Assembly (NCBI GenBank): GCA_031459875.1
Contig: JAVKHQ010000003.1
Location: forward strand, 1-64,000
Origin: Candidatus Fervidifonticultor sextus
GTDB taxonomy: Bacteria; Sysuimicrobiota; Sysuimicrobiia; Sysuimicrobiales; Humicultoraceae
DNA length: 64,000 nucleotides
Direction: 5' to 3'
In this document: one piece after another, positions 40,505 to 48,794 of the stretch
Layout of the letters: each line of letters opens with the position of its first letter
Position numbering within the stretch: position 1 is the stretch's first letter
Notes under the pieces: model-generated
What the model was told of the DNA's origin: nothing
What the model saw: only the letters and a program-made list of their open reading frames with translations
The model's database searches: none
Position numbers and translations under genes: made by a program

Positions 40505-42499
40505 ATGCCGCATGGTGGGGCACAGATGCGTGACCGGCACGGCCGGCCAATCGGCCCGGGCGCCCGCGTGCGCAGCGGGGAGGACCTGGGGACCGTCGGC
40601 CGCCTGGAACCTGAGTACGGGACCCTCACCATCATTGTCGAGGGGCGGACCGGCAAGAGCGAGAAGATGGTCCGCGCCTCTGCGGTGGAGGTGATCGAGG
40701 AGGCGCCCCCGCCCCAGGCGCATCCCGCGACCCACGAGCACGAACTCGGCTTCGTCCAGCGCTACATCTTCAGCCAGGATCACAAGATCATCGGCATCCA
40801 GTATCTGTTCACGTCGCTGCTCATGGCGGCGGTGGGCGGGGTCCTGGCCATGCTAATCCGGATGCAGCTCGGCTGGCCGGGGACCAAGTGGGGTCTGGCG
40901 GCCGCGCTGTTCCCCGGGGGGTTCGCCGGCGGCCAGATGAAGCCGGACTTCTACCTGGCCGTGGTGACCATGCACGGGACGATCATGATCTTCTTCGTGC
41001 TCACCACGATCCTCTCGGGCGGGTTCGGCAACTTCCTGATCCCGCTGCAGATCGGCGCCCGCGACATGGCCTTCCCCTGGCTGAACATGATGTCGTACTG
41101 GCTCCTGGTCCCCGCCGTCATCGTGCTGCTGGCCTCGTTCTTCGTCTCCGGCGGGGCCGCCGGCGGGGGATGGACGGCCTACCCGCCGCTGTCGGCGATC
41201 CCGGCTGCGGCGCCCGGGTCGGGGCTGGGCCAGACGCTGTGGTTGATCGCCCTGGCGATTCTCATCGTGGCGTTGCTCTTCGGGTCGCTAAACTACATCA
41301 CCACCGTCCTCCAGCTGCGGACCCGCGGCATGTCCATGATGCGGCTGCCGCTGACCATCTGGGGGCTGTTTGTCACCGCGATCTTGATGCTGCTGTCGTT
41401 TCCCGTCCTCTTCGCGGCCGCCATCATGTTGCTGTTCGACCGCCTCGCCGGGACCAGCTTCTTCGTCCCCAGCGGGGTGTGGGTCGGCGGCCGGGTCCTG
41501 GAGCACGCCGGCGGCAACCCCCTGCTCTGGCAGCACCTGTTCTGGTTCCTCGGGCACCCGGAGGTGTACGTGCTGATCCTGCCGGCCATGGGCATGGTCT
41601 CGGACATCATGAGCGCCCACGGCCGGAAGCCGATCTTCGGCTACCACTTCATGGTGGGATCGATCGTCGCCATCGGCCTGTTGAGCTTCCTGGTGTGGGG
41701 GCACCACATGTACACCAGCGGGATGCACCCGCTGGTGGCCATGGGCTTCATGACCACGACGCTGGCGATCGCGGTCCCCTCGGCGGTCAAGACCTTCAAC
41801 TGGCTGGCCACGCTGTGGCGGGCGCGCATCCACTTCACCGCGGCGATGCTGTTTGCGATCGGCTTCGTCTCCCTCTTCGTCACCGGCGGGCTGACCGGCG
41901 TCTTTTTGGCCCAGCCGCCGGTGGACATCTACATGCAGGACACGTTCTTCGTCGTGGCCCACTTCCACTTCGTGATGGCCAGCGCCTCGCTGTTCGGCGT
42001 CTTCGCCGGCATCTACCACTGGTTCCCGAAGATGTTTGGCCGCATGATGCACGAGGGGCTGGGCAAGATCCACTTCTGGCTATCGTTCGTCGGCATCTAC
42101 GCCACGTTTTTCCCGATGCACTTTTTGGGTTTCGCCGGGGCGCCGCGCCGGTACTACGCCGTCAGCCCGTTCGAGTTCTTGCGAGACCTCCAACCGCTCA
42201 ACGTCTTCGTCTCCCTGGCGGCGTTCGGCTTGGGGGCGGCCCAACTCCTCTTCGCGGCCAACTTCGTCTACAGCCTGTTCCGCGGCAGGCGGGCGGAGCG
42301 CAATCCGTGGCGCGCCACCACTCTGGAGTGGGAGGCACCGTCGCCCCCGCCCCACGGCAACTGGGGAGAGACGCTCCCGGTCGTCCACCGCTGGGCCTAC
42401 GACTACAGCGTCCCCGGCGTGGTTGAGGACTATCTGCCCCAGACCGCCGCGGCGCCTGTGCCGGCCGGGACATCAGGCGGTGGAGGCGATAGCGCGTGA
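40505..42499 (+). CDS. ctaD: Cytochrome c oxidase subunit I (A1 type) with N-terminal extra domain; start may be 40469
   Basis: DHKIIG, HGTIM, GHPEVY, WGHHM, AHFH and PRR. Confidence 0.95.
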   Translation: MPHGGAQMRDRHGRPIGPGARVRSGEDLGTVGRLEPEYGTLTIIVEGRTGKSEKMVRASAVEVIEEAPPPQAHPATHEHELGFVQRYIFSQDHKIIGIQYLFTSLLMAAVGGVLAMLIRMQLGWPGTKWGLAAALFPGGFAGGQMKPDFYLAVVTMHGTIMIFFVLTTILSGGFGNFLIPLQIGARDMAFPWLNMMSYWLLVPAVIVLLASFFVSGGAAGGGWTAYPPLSAIPAAAPGSGLGQTLWLIALAILIVALLFGSLNYITTVLQLRTRGMSMMRLPLTIWGLFVTAILMLLSFPVLFAAAIMLLFDRLAGTSFFVPSGVWVGGRVLEHAGGNPLLWQHLFWFLGHPEVYVLILPAMGMVSDIMSAHGRKPIFGYHFMVGSIVAIGLLSFLVWGHHMYTSGMHPLVAMGFMTTTLAIAVPSAVKTFNWLATLWRARIHFTAAMLFAIGFVSLFVTGGLTGVFLAQPPVDIYMQDTFFVVAHFHFVMASASLFGVFAGIYHWFPKMFGRMMHEGLGKIHFWLSFVGIYATFFPMHFLGFAGAPRRYYAVSPFEFLRDLQPLNVFVSLAAFGLGAAQLLFAANFVYSLFRGRRAERNPWRATTLEWEAPSPPPHGNWGETLPVVHRWAYDYSVPGVVEDYLPQTAAAPVPAGTSGGGGDSA

Positions 42500-43155
42500 C
42501 CTCCGGCGTCCCCACGCTGGAGCGGCTCCGGGCGCGGCCCGAGCAGGGTCCGCCGGTGGCTCCGCCCGCAGGTCGGGATGGCGGCGGAGGAGGGGGCGGC
42601 GGCGGGGGACGTCCCGGTGCGGCCCCTCTCAGCACGACCATCACCGGGGTGTGGCTGCTGGTGGGCGCGGCAGCGATCCTCTTCGCCGCGTTCACCAGCA
42701 CACTGCTCGTGCGGCGGGCCGAAGCCGACTGGCAGGTGGGACCGATGCCGCCCGTGCTGTGGGCGACAACGGCGCTCCTGTTGGGAAGCAGCGCCACGCT
42801 GGAGTGGACGCGCCGCCTCGCCAGGCTCGGTCGGGGAAGCGCGGCCCGGTGGGGTCTGGCTGCGACCCTGGGGCTGGGGGTGGTCTTCCTGGCCGGCCAG
42901 TGGGCCGCATGGCGGCAGATGGCCGCCTCCGGCCTCCACATGGCCAGCGGTGCGCACAGCGCCTTCTTCTACCTGCTCACCGGCACGCACGGCCTCCACG
43001 TGGCCGGAGGGATCGCGGCGCTGGGCTGGGCGCTCTGGAAGGTCAGGTGGACGGTTCCGGGTCGGGCCGTCGCGGCCGTGGCGCCCGCGGCCGTCTACTG
43101 GCACTTCGTGGACGTCCTCTGGCTGTACGTGTGGCTTGTGCTGTTCTGGACGTAG
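42496..43155 (+). CDS. Cytochrome c oxidase subunit III-like
   Basis: FFYLLTGTHGLHV and YWHFVDVLW. Confidence 0.9.
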   Translation: MTSGVPTLERLRARPEQGPPVAPPAGRDGGGGGGGGGGRPGAAPLSTTITGVWLLVGAAAILFAAFTSTLLVRRAEADWQVGPMPPVLWATTALLLGSSATLEWTRRLARLGRGSAARWGLAATLGLGVVFLAGQWAAWRQMAASGLHMASGAHSAFFYLLTGTHGLHVAGGIAALGWALWKVRWTVPGRAVAAVAPAAVYWHFVDVLWLYVWLVLFWT

Positions 43156-43175
43156 ACGCGAAGGAGGGGATTCCC

Positions 43176-43796
43176 ACGGCGGCAGAAGCGGCGAGCCAGG
43201 ACCACGTGCTGGCCTCAGACTGGGGCGGCGGGCGGTCGCCCTTTGGGGTGGGCTGGCCCAAACTGATGATGTGGCTGTTCCTGATCCAGGACACCCTGAC
43301 GTTCGCCGGCCTGCTGACCGGCTATGGCGTCATCCGGCTGTCGCTGGGCCGCTGGCCGGTCCAGGGCGAGGTCTTCAACCTGTACCTGGTGGGGTTCATG
43401 ACCTTCATCCTCATCTGCAGCAGCGCCACCATGGCTGTGGCGGTGGCCGCCGCGCGGCGCGGGGAGGGGGCGACCGTCATCCGGTTCCTGCTGCTCACCG
43501 TGCTCGGGGGCCTGGCCTTCCTGGGGATGCAGGCCTATGAGTGGACCCACGTCATCGGCGAGGGCGCGCGCCTGTTCACCAATCCGTGGGGCGTCCCGCT
43601 GTTCTCGGCGAGCTTCTTTATCATCACCGGGTTCCACGGCGCGCACGTGAGTGCGGGGGTCATCTACCTGCTGATTACCGCGCGGCGCTGGGCGCGGGGA
43701 AGGATCCAGCCCGAGAGCGTGGAGATCGCCGGGCTGTACTGGCACTTCGTAGACCTGGTCTGGGTCTTCATCTTCACCCTGCTGTACCTGTTGTGA
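43176..43796 (+). CDS. Second cytochrome c oxidase subunit III-like protein (start ACG at 43176 or GTG at 43206)
   Basis: KLMMWLFL, TFILICSS, FFIITGFHGAHV and YWHFVDLVW. Confidence 0.9.
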   Translation, partial: TAAEAASQDHVLASDWGGGRSPFGVGWPKLMMWLFLIQDTLTFAGLLTGYGVIRLSLGRWPVQGEVFNLYLVGFMTFILICSSATMAVAVAAARRGEGATVIRFLLLTVLGGLAFLGMQAYEWTHVIGEGARLFTNPWGVPLFSASFFIITGFHGAHVSAGVIYLLITARRWARGRIQPESVEIAGLYWHFVDLVWVFIFTLLYLL

Positions 43797-43809
43797 GGGG
43801 AGGGGCACC

Positions 43810-44106
43810 GTGAGGCAGACGGAGCATCCCGGCGGCTACCGGATCTACGTCGTCACCTGGTTCTGGCTGTTCGTCATCACGGTCCTGGAGGTAGGCATCG
43901 TGCTGGTGCATGTGCCCAAGGTGCTGCTCGCCCTCTCGCTGGTGGCGATGGCGCTGATGAAGGCGGCGCTCATCGTCGCCTACTTCATGCACCTGCGCTA
44001 CGAGCGGCTCAACCTGATCTACGCGGTGGTCACCCCGCTGTTCCTCGGCGTCATCCTGTTCTTCGCCCTGGTGCCCGACGCCTTGCGGACGCTGTCCCTC
44101 CGCTAG
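43810..44106 (+). CDS. Cytochrome c oxidase subunit IV family protein
   Basis: ITVLEV and KAALIVAYFMHLRYE; three TM segments. Confidence 0.88.
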   Translation: MRQTEHPGGYRIYVVTWFWLFVITVLEVGIVLVHVPKVLLALSLVAMALMKAALIVAYFMHLRYERLNLIYAVVTPLFLGVILFFALVPDALRTLSLR

Positions 44107-44149
44107 CCGGCGGGACCCCGGCGCGTCGGGCGGCCGCGCGGGAGGACCC

Positions 44150-44578
44150 ATGGTTCCGCTGGGCTGGCTGCCCTCGGTCAACGCCGCCCTGAACGCCGCG
44201 TCCGCGGCCTTGCTGGTGGCGGCCTTCCGCGCCGTCCGCCGCGGCCAGATCGGCCGGCACCACACCCTGATGCTCGCGGCGCTGGCCACCTCCGCGCTGT
44301 TCCTGGTCTCGTACCTGTACTACCATGCGCACGCCGGGGCGACCCGCTTTGCCGGAACCGGGTGGATCCGGCCGGCCTACTTCGCCCTCCTGGGGACCCA
44401 CACCGTGCTGGCGGCGGCGGTCCTGCCGCTGGTGGTGATCACCCTGGTTCGGGCGCTGCGCGGCCAGTTTTCGCGTCACCGGCGCATCGCGCGCGTGACC
44501 CTGCCGCTGTGGTGGTACGTCTCCTTCAGCGGCGTCATCGTCTACCTCATGCTCTACCATCTGGTTCCCTCGCGCTAG
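44150..44578 (+). CDS. DUF420 family membrane protein (oxidase-associated)
   Basis: LPSVNAALN, FLVSYLYYH, HRRIAR and WWYVSFSGVIVY. Confidence 0.88.
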   Translation: MVPLGWLPSVNAALNAASAALLVAAFRAVRRGQIGRHHTLMLAALATSALFLVSYLYYHAHAGATRFAGTGWIRPAYFALLGTHTVLAAAVLPLVVITLVRALRGQFSRHRRIARVTLPLWWYVSFSGVIVYLMLYHLVPSR

Positions 44579-44612
44579 GAGCGTGTCCGACGGCGGTGCC
44601 GTCTGATACACT

Positions 44613-45206
44613 GTGGGCGGTATGCGCGTTCGGCTCGCGGTGCGCAGCCCGCTGCTGCGCGAGGGGTTCCGGCGTCTGCTCGAAGAGGATCCCGCCTTCG
44701 AGGTCGTCGCCGAGGAGGCGGGCCACACCGACGTGGAGGTCCACCTGTTCGGGATCCCGGGCGAGGGCGGTCTCGCAGACCTGCGGTCGGCGCTGAACGC
44801 CGCGCCGGTGCTGGCGGTGGGACCTTCCGAGCCGGGGCTGGTCGCGGCGTTGCACTACGGAGCCCGGGGCTGCCTCCCCCTGGGGGCGACACCCGATGAG
44901 CTGCGCGCCGCCGTGGCGGCGCTGGCTTCGGGCGAGGGCTACATTCACCCTTCGGTCGCCGACGCCGTGCTCACCGACCTGCGCAGGCCCCGGGGCGGGC
45001 CGACCTCCCAGGCGCTCACCGAGCGCGAGCGGGAGATCCTGGTGCTGCTCTGCGAGGGCTACACCAACCGGGCCATTGCCGACCGGCTGCACCTGAGCGT
45101 CCGCACCGTGGAATCCCACCGTGCGAACCTCATGGCCAAACTCGACGCCGACGCCCTGCCGGACCTGGTGTTCGCCGCCATCCGCATGGGGCTGATCGAG
45201 CCCTAG
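44613..45206 (+). CDS. NarL/LuxR-type regulator with degenerate receiver domain
   Basis: C-terminal LTEREREIL...IADRLHLSVRTVESHRANLMAKL; the receiver-like N-terminus lacks the acidic residues. Confidence 0.88.
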   Translation: MGGMRVRLAVRSPLLREGFRRLLEEDPAFEVVAEEAGHTDVEVHLFGIPGEGGLADLRSALNAAPVLAVGPSEPGLVAALHYGARGCLPLGATPDELRAAVAALASGEGYIHPSVADAVLTDLRRPRGGPTSQALTEREREILVLLCEGYTNRAIADRLHLSVRTVESHRANLMAKLDADALPDLVFAAIRMGLIEP

Positions 45207-45400
45207 AGCCCGCGCTGTCCGGCGCCAACACCCCGTCCGAACAGGGCACCCTGGGGTCCTCTTCGTAGTTCCCGCAGGGTTCCATCCGGTCTGTACCTGA
45301 GGGCAAGACCCGGTGACCACCCGATGTGGGACGTCCATCTCCCTCTCTACACTGAGGGCGCGCTGCGGCGTCCCCGCCCGGCGCAGGGGTGGAGAGGGGT

Positions 45401-45676
45401 ATGCTCATTCGACGCGAGCACCGAGCAGTGCTCAGCGAACAGCGCCGGGCGGCCGGACAGGCCGTGCACCGCGACGCGCTGGCGGCCGAGCGCTCCAGGC
45501 GCCAATGGGAGCGGGTCCGTCTGGCACTGGCCCGATCCGGCCATCGCGCCGTGCTCCGGGCAGAGCGGGATCAACTCCATGCCGCCCGTCGGGAGCATAA
45601 GCGGGCCCTGCAGCAGAACCGGTGGCTGCTGGCCCTGGCCGAATTGCTGGAGGCGCGGAGGGGACGGGCAGCGTAG
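45401..45676 (+). CDS. Small Arg/Ala-rich helical hypothetical protein (91 aa)
   Basis: SD GGAGAGGGG before the ATG; fills the intergenic gap; helical composition. Confidence 0.55.
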   Translation: MLIRREHRAVLSEQRRAAGQAVHRDALAAERSRRQWERVRLALARSGHRAVLRAERDQLHAARREHKRALQQNRWLLALAELLEARRGRAA

Positions 45677-45704
45677 CCACCCCAGGCAGGCGCGGCACGC
45701 TGCG

Positions 45705-45736
45705 TTGAGCGCGCCCGCAGCACCAGTGTACACTGG
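45705..45736 (+). promoter_or_regulatory. Putative sigma70 promoter overlapped by a perfect 14-bp palindrome
   Basis: TTGAGC-18 bp-TACACT; CCAGTGTACACTGG at 45723-45736. Confidence 0.5.
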
Positions 45737-45766
45737 GGACGAGGCCGAAGCCTCGTCCCTTTCTGC

Positions 45767-46690
45767 ATGGGGGCAGGAGAAGCGCGGGTGCGGGCCATTG
45801 AGGTCGTCAGGGCGTTCTTCGAGCGGGCGGGTGAGCCGGCGGCGGTGTATCTGTACGGCCGCTACGGGAGCGGGCCGAGTTATCCCGACACCGACATCGA
45901 GCTGGGCCTGGTGTTTCCCGAAGGCGTCGGCGAGGACGAGATCCAGGACTACCTCGAACGCATCTCCGATGCGGGACCGCTGGGGGGAGAGCCCGGGATC
46001 CTGATGCCGTTCGCCCTGAATACCCACATCCCCCCGGTCGTCCACGAGATCCTGGTGGGCGGATCGCTGCTCGTGGACAACGACCCGCGCGTCCGGATCG
46101 CCTTCGTGGAGCAGGCGAGGCGGCGGATTGAGTCGGCGCGCCCCAGCCTGCTCGAGGACGCCCGCGAGGCGATCATGCAGGCCAGGGCGCTGGGGCTCGC
46201 CATGACCACCGCGCAGGGGTACGTCCTCCCCCAGCCGCCCCGCTACCTCGACCCGGTCCGGATCGGCTGGCGACTGAGCCGGATCCTGGCGTCGGTGGCC
46301 GTGCTGGAGGCGACCACCCGGGAGATGGAAGCCGCCTCCCGCGATCCGGACCGCCTCGGCCAGGTCATCGGATGGTTCAGCAACGCGGCCGGGGCGGCGA
46401 CCGGGATCGCCAAGGCCATGCTCAACATCTTCGAGATGGAGCGGCCGCCCCGGCGGTGGCAGGTGTTCATCCCGATCGCCGATGCCGGCCTGATCCCCAT
46501 GGACCTGGCCCTGGCGTTGGGCTCGCTCGTCGAACTCCGCTGGCAGTTGATGGGCACCGGAGGCCTGATCACGGCCGACCGCATCCTGATGGGCATTCGC
46601 GGCGGACTGCCGCACCTGGTGGCGTTCGCGCGTCAGGCCGCCTGGTACTGCGAGGTCCCTGCGGGTCCTGGTGAGGTGAAGGTGCACTGA
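45767..46690 (+). CDS. Fusion of a minimal nucleotidyltransferase (MntA-like) and a HEPN/DUF86 (HepT-like) domain, both with altered catalytic motifs
   Basis: AVYLYGRYGSGPSYPDTDIELGL (canonical LFGS...DSDID); HEILVGGSLL; C-terminal helical domain ...ADAGLIPMDLALALGSLVELRWQLMG (canonical RNxLVH). Confidence 0.7.
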   Translation: MGAGEARVRAIEVVRAFFERAGEPAAVYLYGRYGSGPSYPDTDIELGLVFPEGVGEDEIQDYLERISDAGPLGGEPGILMPFALNTHIPPVVHEILVGGSLLVDNDPRVRIAFVEQARRRIESARPSLLEDAREAIMQARALGLAMTTAQGYVLPQPPRYLDPVRIGWRLSRILASVAVLEATTREMEAASRDPDRLGQVIGWFSNAAGAATGIAKAMLNIFEMERPPRRWQVFIPIADAGLIPMDLALALGSLVELRWQLMGTGGLITADRILMGIRGGLPHLVAFARQAAWYCEVPAGPGEVKVH

Positions 46691-46737
46691 CGCCCGGCGG
46701 CGAAGGGCCTGCGGGGCGATCGGGGAAGGAGGGGGCT

Positions 46738-47019
46738 GTGGCCGGATCGGTAACCGTCGAGGTTGTGCCGACCCCCAACGTGAACGCGCTGAAGTTCGTG
46801 GTCAACCGGCGGCTGACCGAGGGGCGCAGTCAGACGTACCGGTCGGCCGAGGAGGCCGACCGGCATCCCCTGGCCGCGGGGCTGTTCGCCATACCGGGCG
46901 TCGTTCAGGTCTTTCTGTTGAACGATTTCGTGACCGTCACGCGCGATCCCCAGGCTGCCTGGGAAGAGATCGTGCCGTCCGCCGAGGCCGCCATCCGGGC
47001 GTACCTGGAAACGCCATGA
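46738..47019 (+). CDS. Stand-alone Nfu/NifU N-terminal domain protein
   Basis: PTPNVNALKF, PLAAGLFAIPGV and DFVTVTR...W. Confidence 0.88.
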   Translation: MAGSVTVEVVPTPNVNALKFVVNRRLTEGRSQTYRSAEEADRHPLAAGLFAIPGVVQVFLLNDFVTVTRDPQAAWEEIVPSAEAAIRAYLETP

Positions 47020-47040
47020 ACAGGAACAGGAGGGATCGTC

Positions 47041-47520
47041 GTGGAACTACGGCCGTTTGAGGTCGTCGCGGCGTGCGAACTGCGCAGCCTGCCCACCGGG
47101 CAGGACATCGCAGACCTGACCGCGCGCCTGGAGCGCGCGCGCGCCAAGGTGGCGGCTGTGGTCAGCGCCACACCCCAGCCGCCAGCTATCTATCGGAATC
47201 TCGCCTACGTGCTCGAGACCCGATGTGTCGCCTGGGCGAACACGGCGGAGGAGGCCGCGGATCTGGTCAGGCGCCTCCTGGACGAGGCCGGGGTACCCTG
47301 CCGCAGCGTGTATCGCTCGGGCCGGGCTCTCGCCCCCACCGACGTTCCGCGTCCAGAGGCTCCGGCGTCGCACCCCCGCAGCCGGAGGACGCGAGCCCCT
47401 GCTCGGGTTCCGGCAGCGAAAGGCCGGGCCCGCGCCGCCCGCGTCAGGGTCCAGGGCAAGGCCGCCTCCCGGGGCACCAGGAGGGGAGCCTCCGCCAGGA
47501 AGGCCGGCAGCCGCCGGTAG
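47041..47520 (+). CDS. Hypothetical protein with basic low-complexity C-terminal tail
   Basis: SD AGGAGG; globular-looking first about 95 aa, then an R/K/A-rich tail. Confidence 0.6.
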   Translation: MELRPFEVVAACELRSLPTGQDIADLTARLERARAKVAAVVSATPQPPAIYRNLAYVLETRCVAWANTAEEAADLVRRLLDEAGVPCRSVYRSGRALAPTDVPRPEAPASHPRSRRTRAPARVPAAKGRARAARVRVQGKAASRGTRRGASARKAGSRR

Positions 47521-47555
47521 ACGCAAGTCGGCCGGCGGAGATCAGCCCGACCGAT

Positions 47556-48794
47556 TCACCGGGCCTCCGGCCCCTGCGTCACCAGCCACACCGGATTCTC
47601 CAGCAGCCGCCGCACTTCCGCCAGGAAGCGGGAGGCTTCGGCTCCGTCCGTGACGCGGTGGTCGGTCGCCAGCGTGGCGTGCATGATCGTCGCGGCGACA
47701 ACCTGCCCGTCCCGCACCACCGGCTGCGGCTTGGCCGCGCCCACCGCCAGGATCGCGGCCTGGGGCGGGTTGATGATGGCGGCAAACATGTCCACGTCGT
47801 AGGGCCCCAGGTTGCTTACGGTGAACGTGCCGTTGATCAGGTCGTCCGGCCGCAGGCGGCCGTTGCGGGCGCGCTCGATGACCGCCCTGGCCTCCGCGGC
47901 GATCTGCCACAGGGGCTTGCGGTCGCAGTGGTACAGCGTGGGGACCAGCAGGCCGTCGGGCACCGGCACTGCGATGCTGATGTTGATCTCGCCGGGGTAG
48001 TGCAGCACGCCTTCAACGTAGGACGCGTTGAGGGTGGGGAACTTGACCAGGGCCAGCGCGGCGGCCTTCACGACCATGTCGTTGACCGAGACCTTGTGGG
48101 CGTCGTCGAGCCCCTCGTTGAGTTGCCGACGGAGCGCCATCGCGGCGTCCATGGCCACCGCCATCGTGACGTAGAAGTGGGGGACGTGCTGCTTGCTCTC
48201 GGTCATGCGCCGCGCGATCGTCTGCCGCATGCGGGACAGCGGGACCTGGCGGGCGGCGGCCTCGGTCGCCCGCGGCCCGGGCGCGGCCGCAGGCTTCCTT
48301 CCCGCCAGGTACGCCTCGACGTCTTCCTTCGTGATGCGACCGTCCGGTCCGGTCCCGGTGATGGCAGCCAGCGGGACGCCGTGCTCCGCGGCCAGCCGGC
48401 GGGCCAGCGGCGACGCGCGCACGGCGCCGGCTCCGCCCGCGACGCCCGCCTGCGCCCGCTCGGCGGGCGACGTCGTCTTCGCCGCCGGAGCGGTCGCCGT
48501 CGGGCCGGCCGCCGACGGGGCTGGCGGTGGGGACGCCGCCAGCTGCCAGACGGCCTCACCCTCCCGCGCGATGACCGCGATCGGCGCGCCGACGGGAGCC
48601 ACGGCCCCGGGCCCCACCAGGATCCGCGCCAGGGTCCCGTCCCACTCCGCCTCGAGGTCCACGTTGACCTTGTCGGTCTCGATCTCGGCGATGGGCTCGC
48701 CCTGCCTGACGCGTTCCCCCTCCTGCTTCATCCACCGAAGGACCCTGCCCTCGGTCATCGCGTCGCCCATTTTCGGCATGATGACGTCAGGCAC
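47556..48794 (-). CDS. pdhC: 2-oxoacid (pyruvate) dehydrogenase E2, dihydrolipoamide acyltransferase
   Basis: Lipoyl motif ETDKV; E3-binding ASPLARRLA...GTGPDGRITKEDV; catalytic DHRVTDG. Confidence 0.92.
   Translation of the reverse strand: MPDVIMPKMGDAMTEGRVLRWMKQEGERVRQGEPIAEIETDKVNVDLEAEWDGTLARILVGPGAVAPVGAPIAVIAREGEAVWQLAASPPPAPSAAGPTATAPAAKTTSPAERAQAGVAGGAGAVRASPLARRLAAEHGVPLAAITGTGPDGRITKEDVEAYLAGRKPAAAPGPRATEAAARQVPLSRMRQTIARRMTESKQHVPHFYVTMAVAMDAAMALRRQLNEGLDDAHKVSVNDMVVKAAALALVKFPTLNASYVEGVLHYPGEINISIAVPVPDGLLVPTLYHCDRKPLWQIAAEARAVIERARNGRLRPDDLINGTFTVSNLGPYDVDMFAAIINPPQAAILAVGAAKPQPVVRDGQVVAATIMHATLATDHRVTDGAEASRFLAEVRRLLENPVWLVTQGPEAR

Noticed and set aside
42575..42612. GGC-rich run encoding poly-Gly at the start of subunit III
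   Set aside because: It is a low-complexity linker, not a repeat array.
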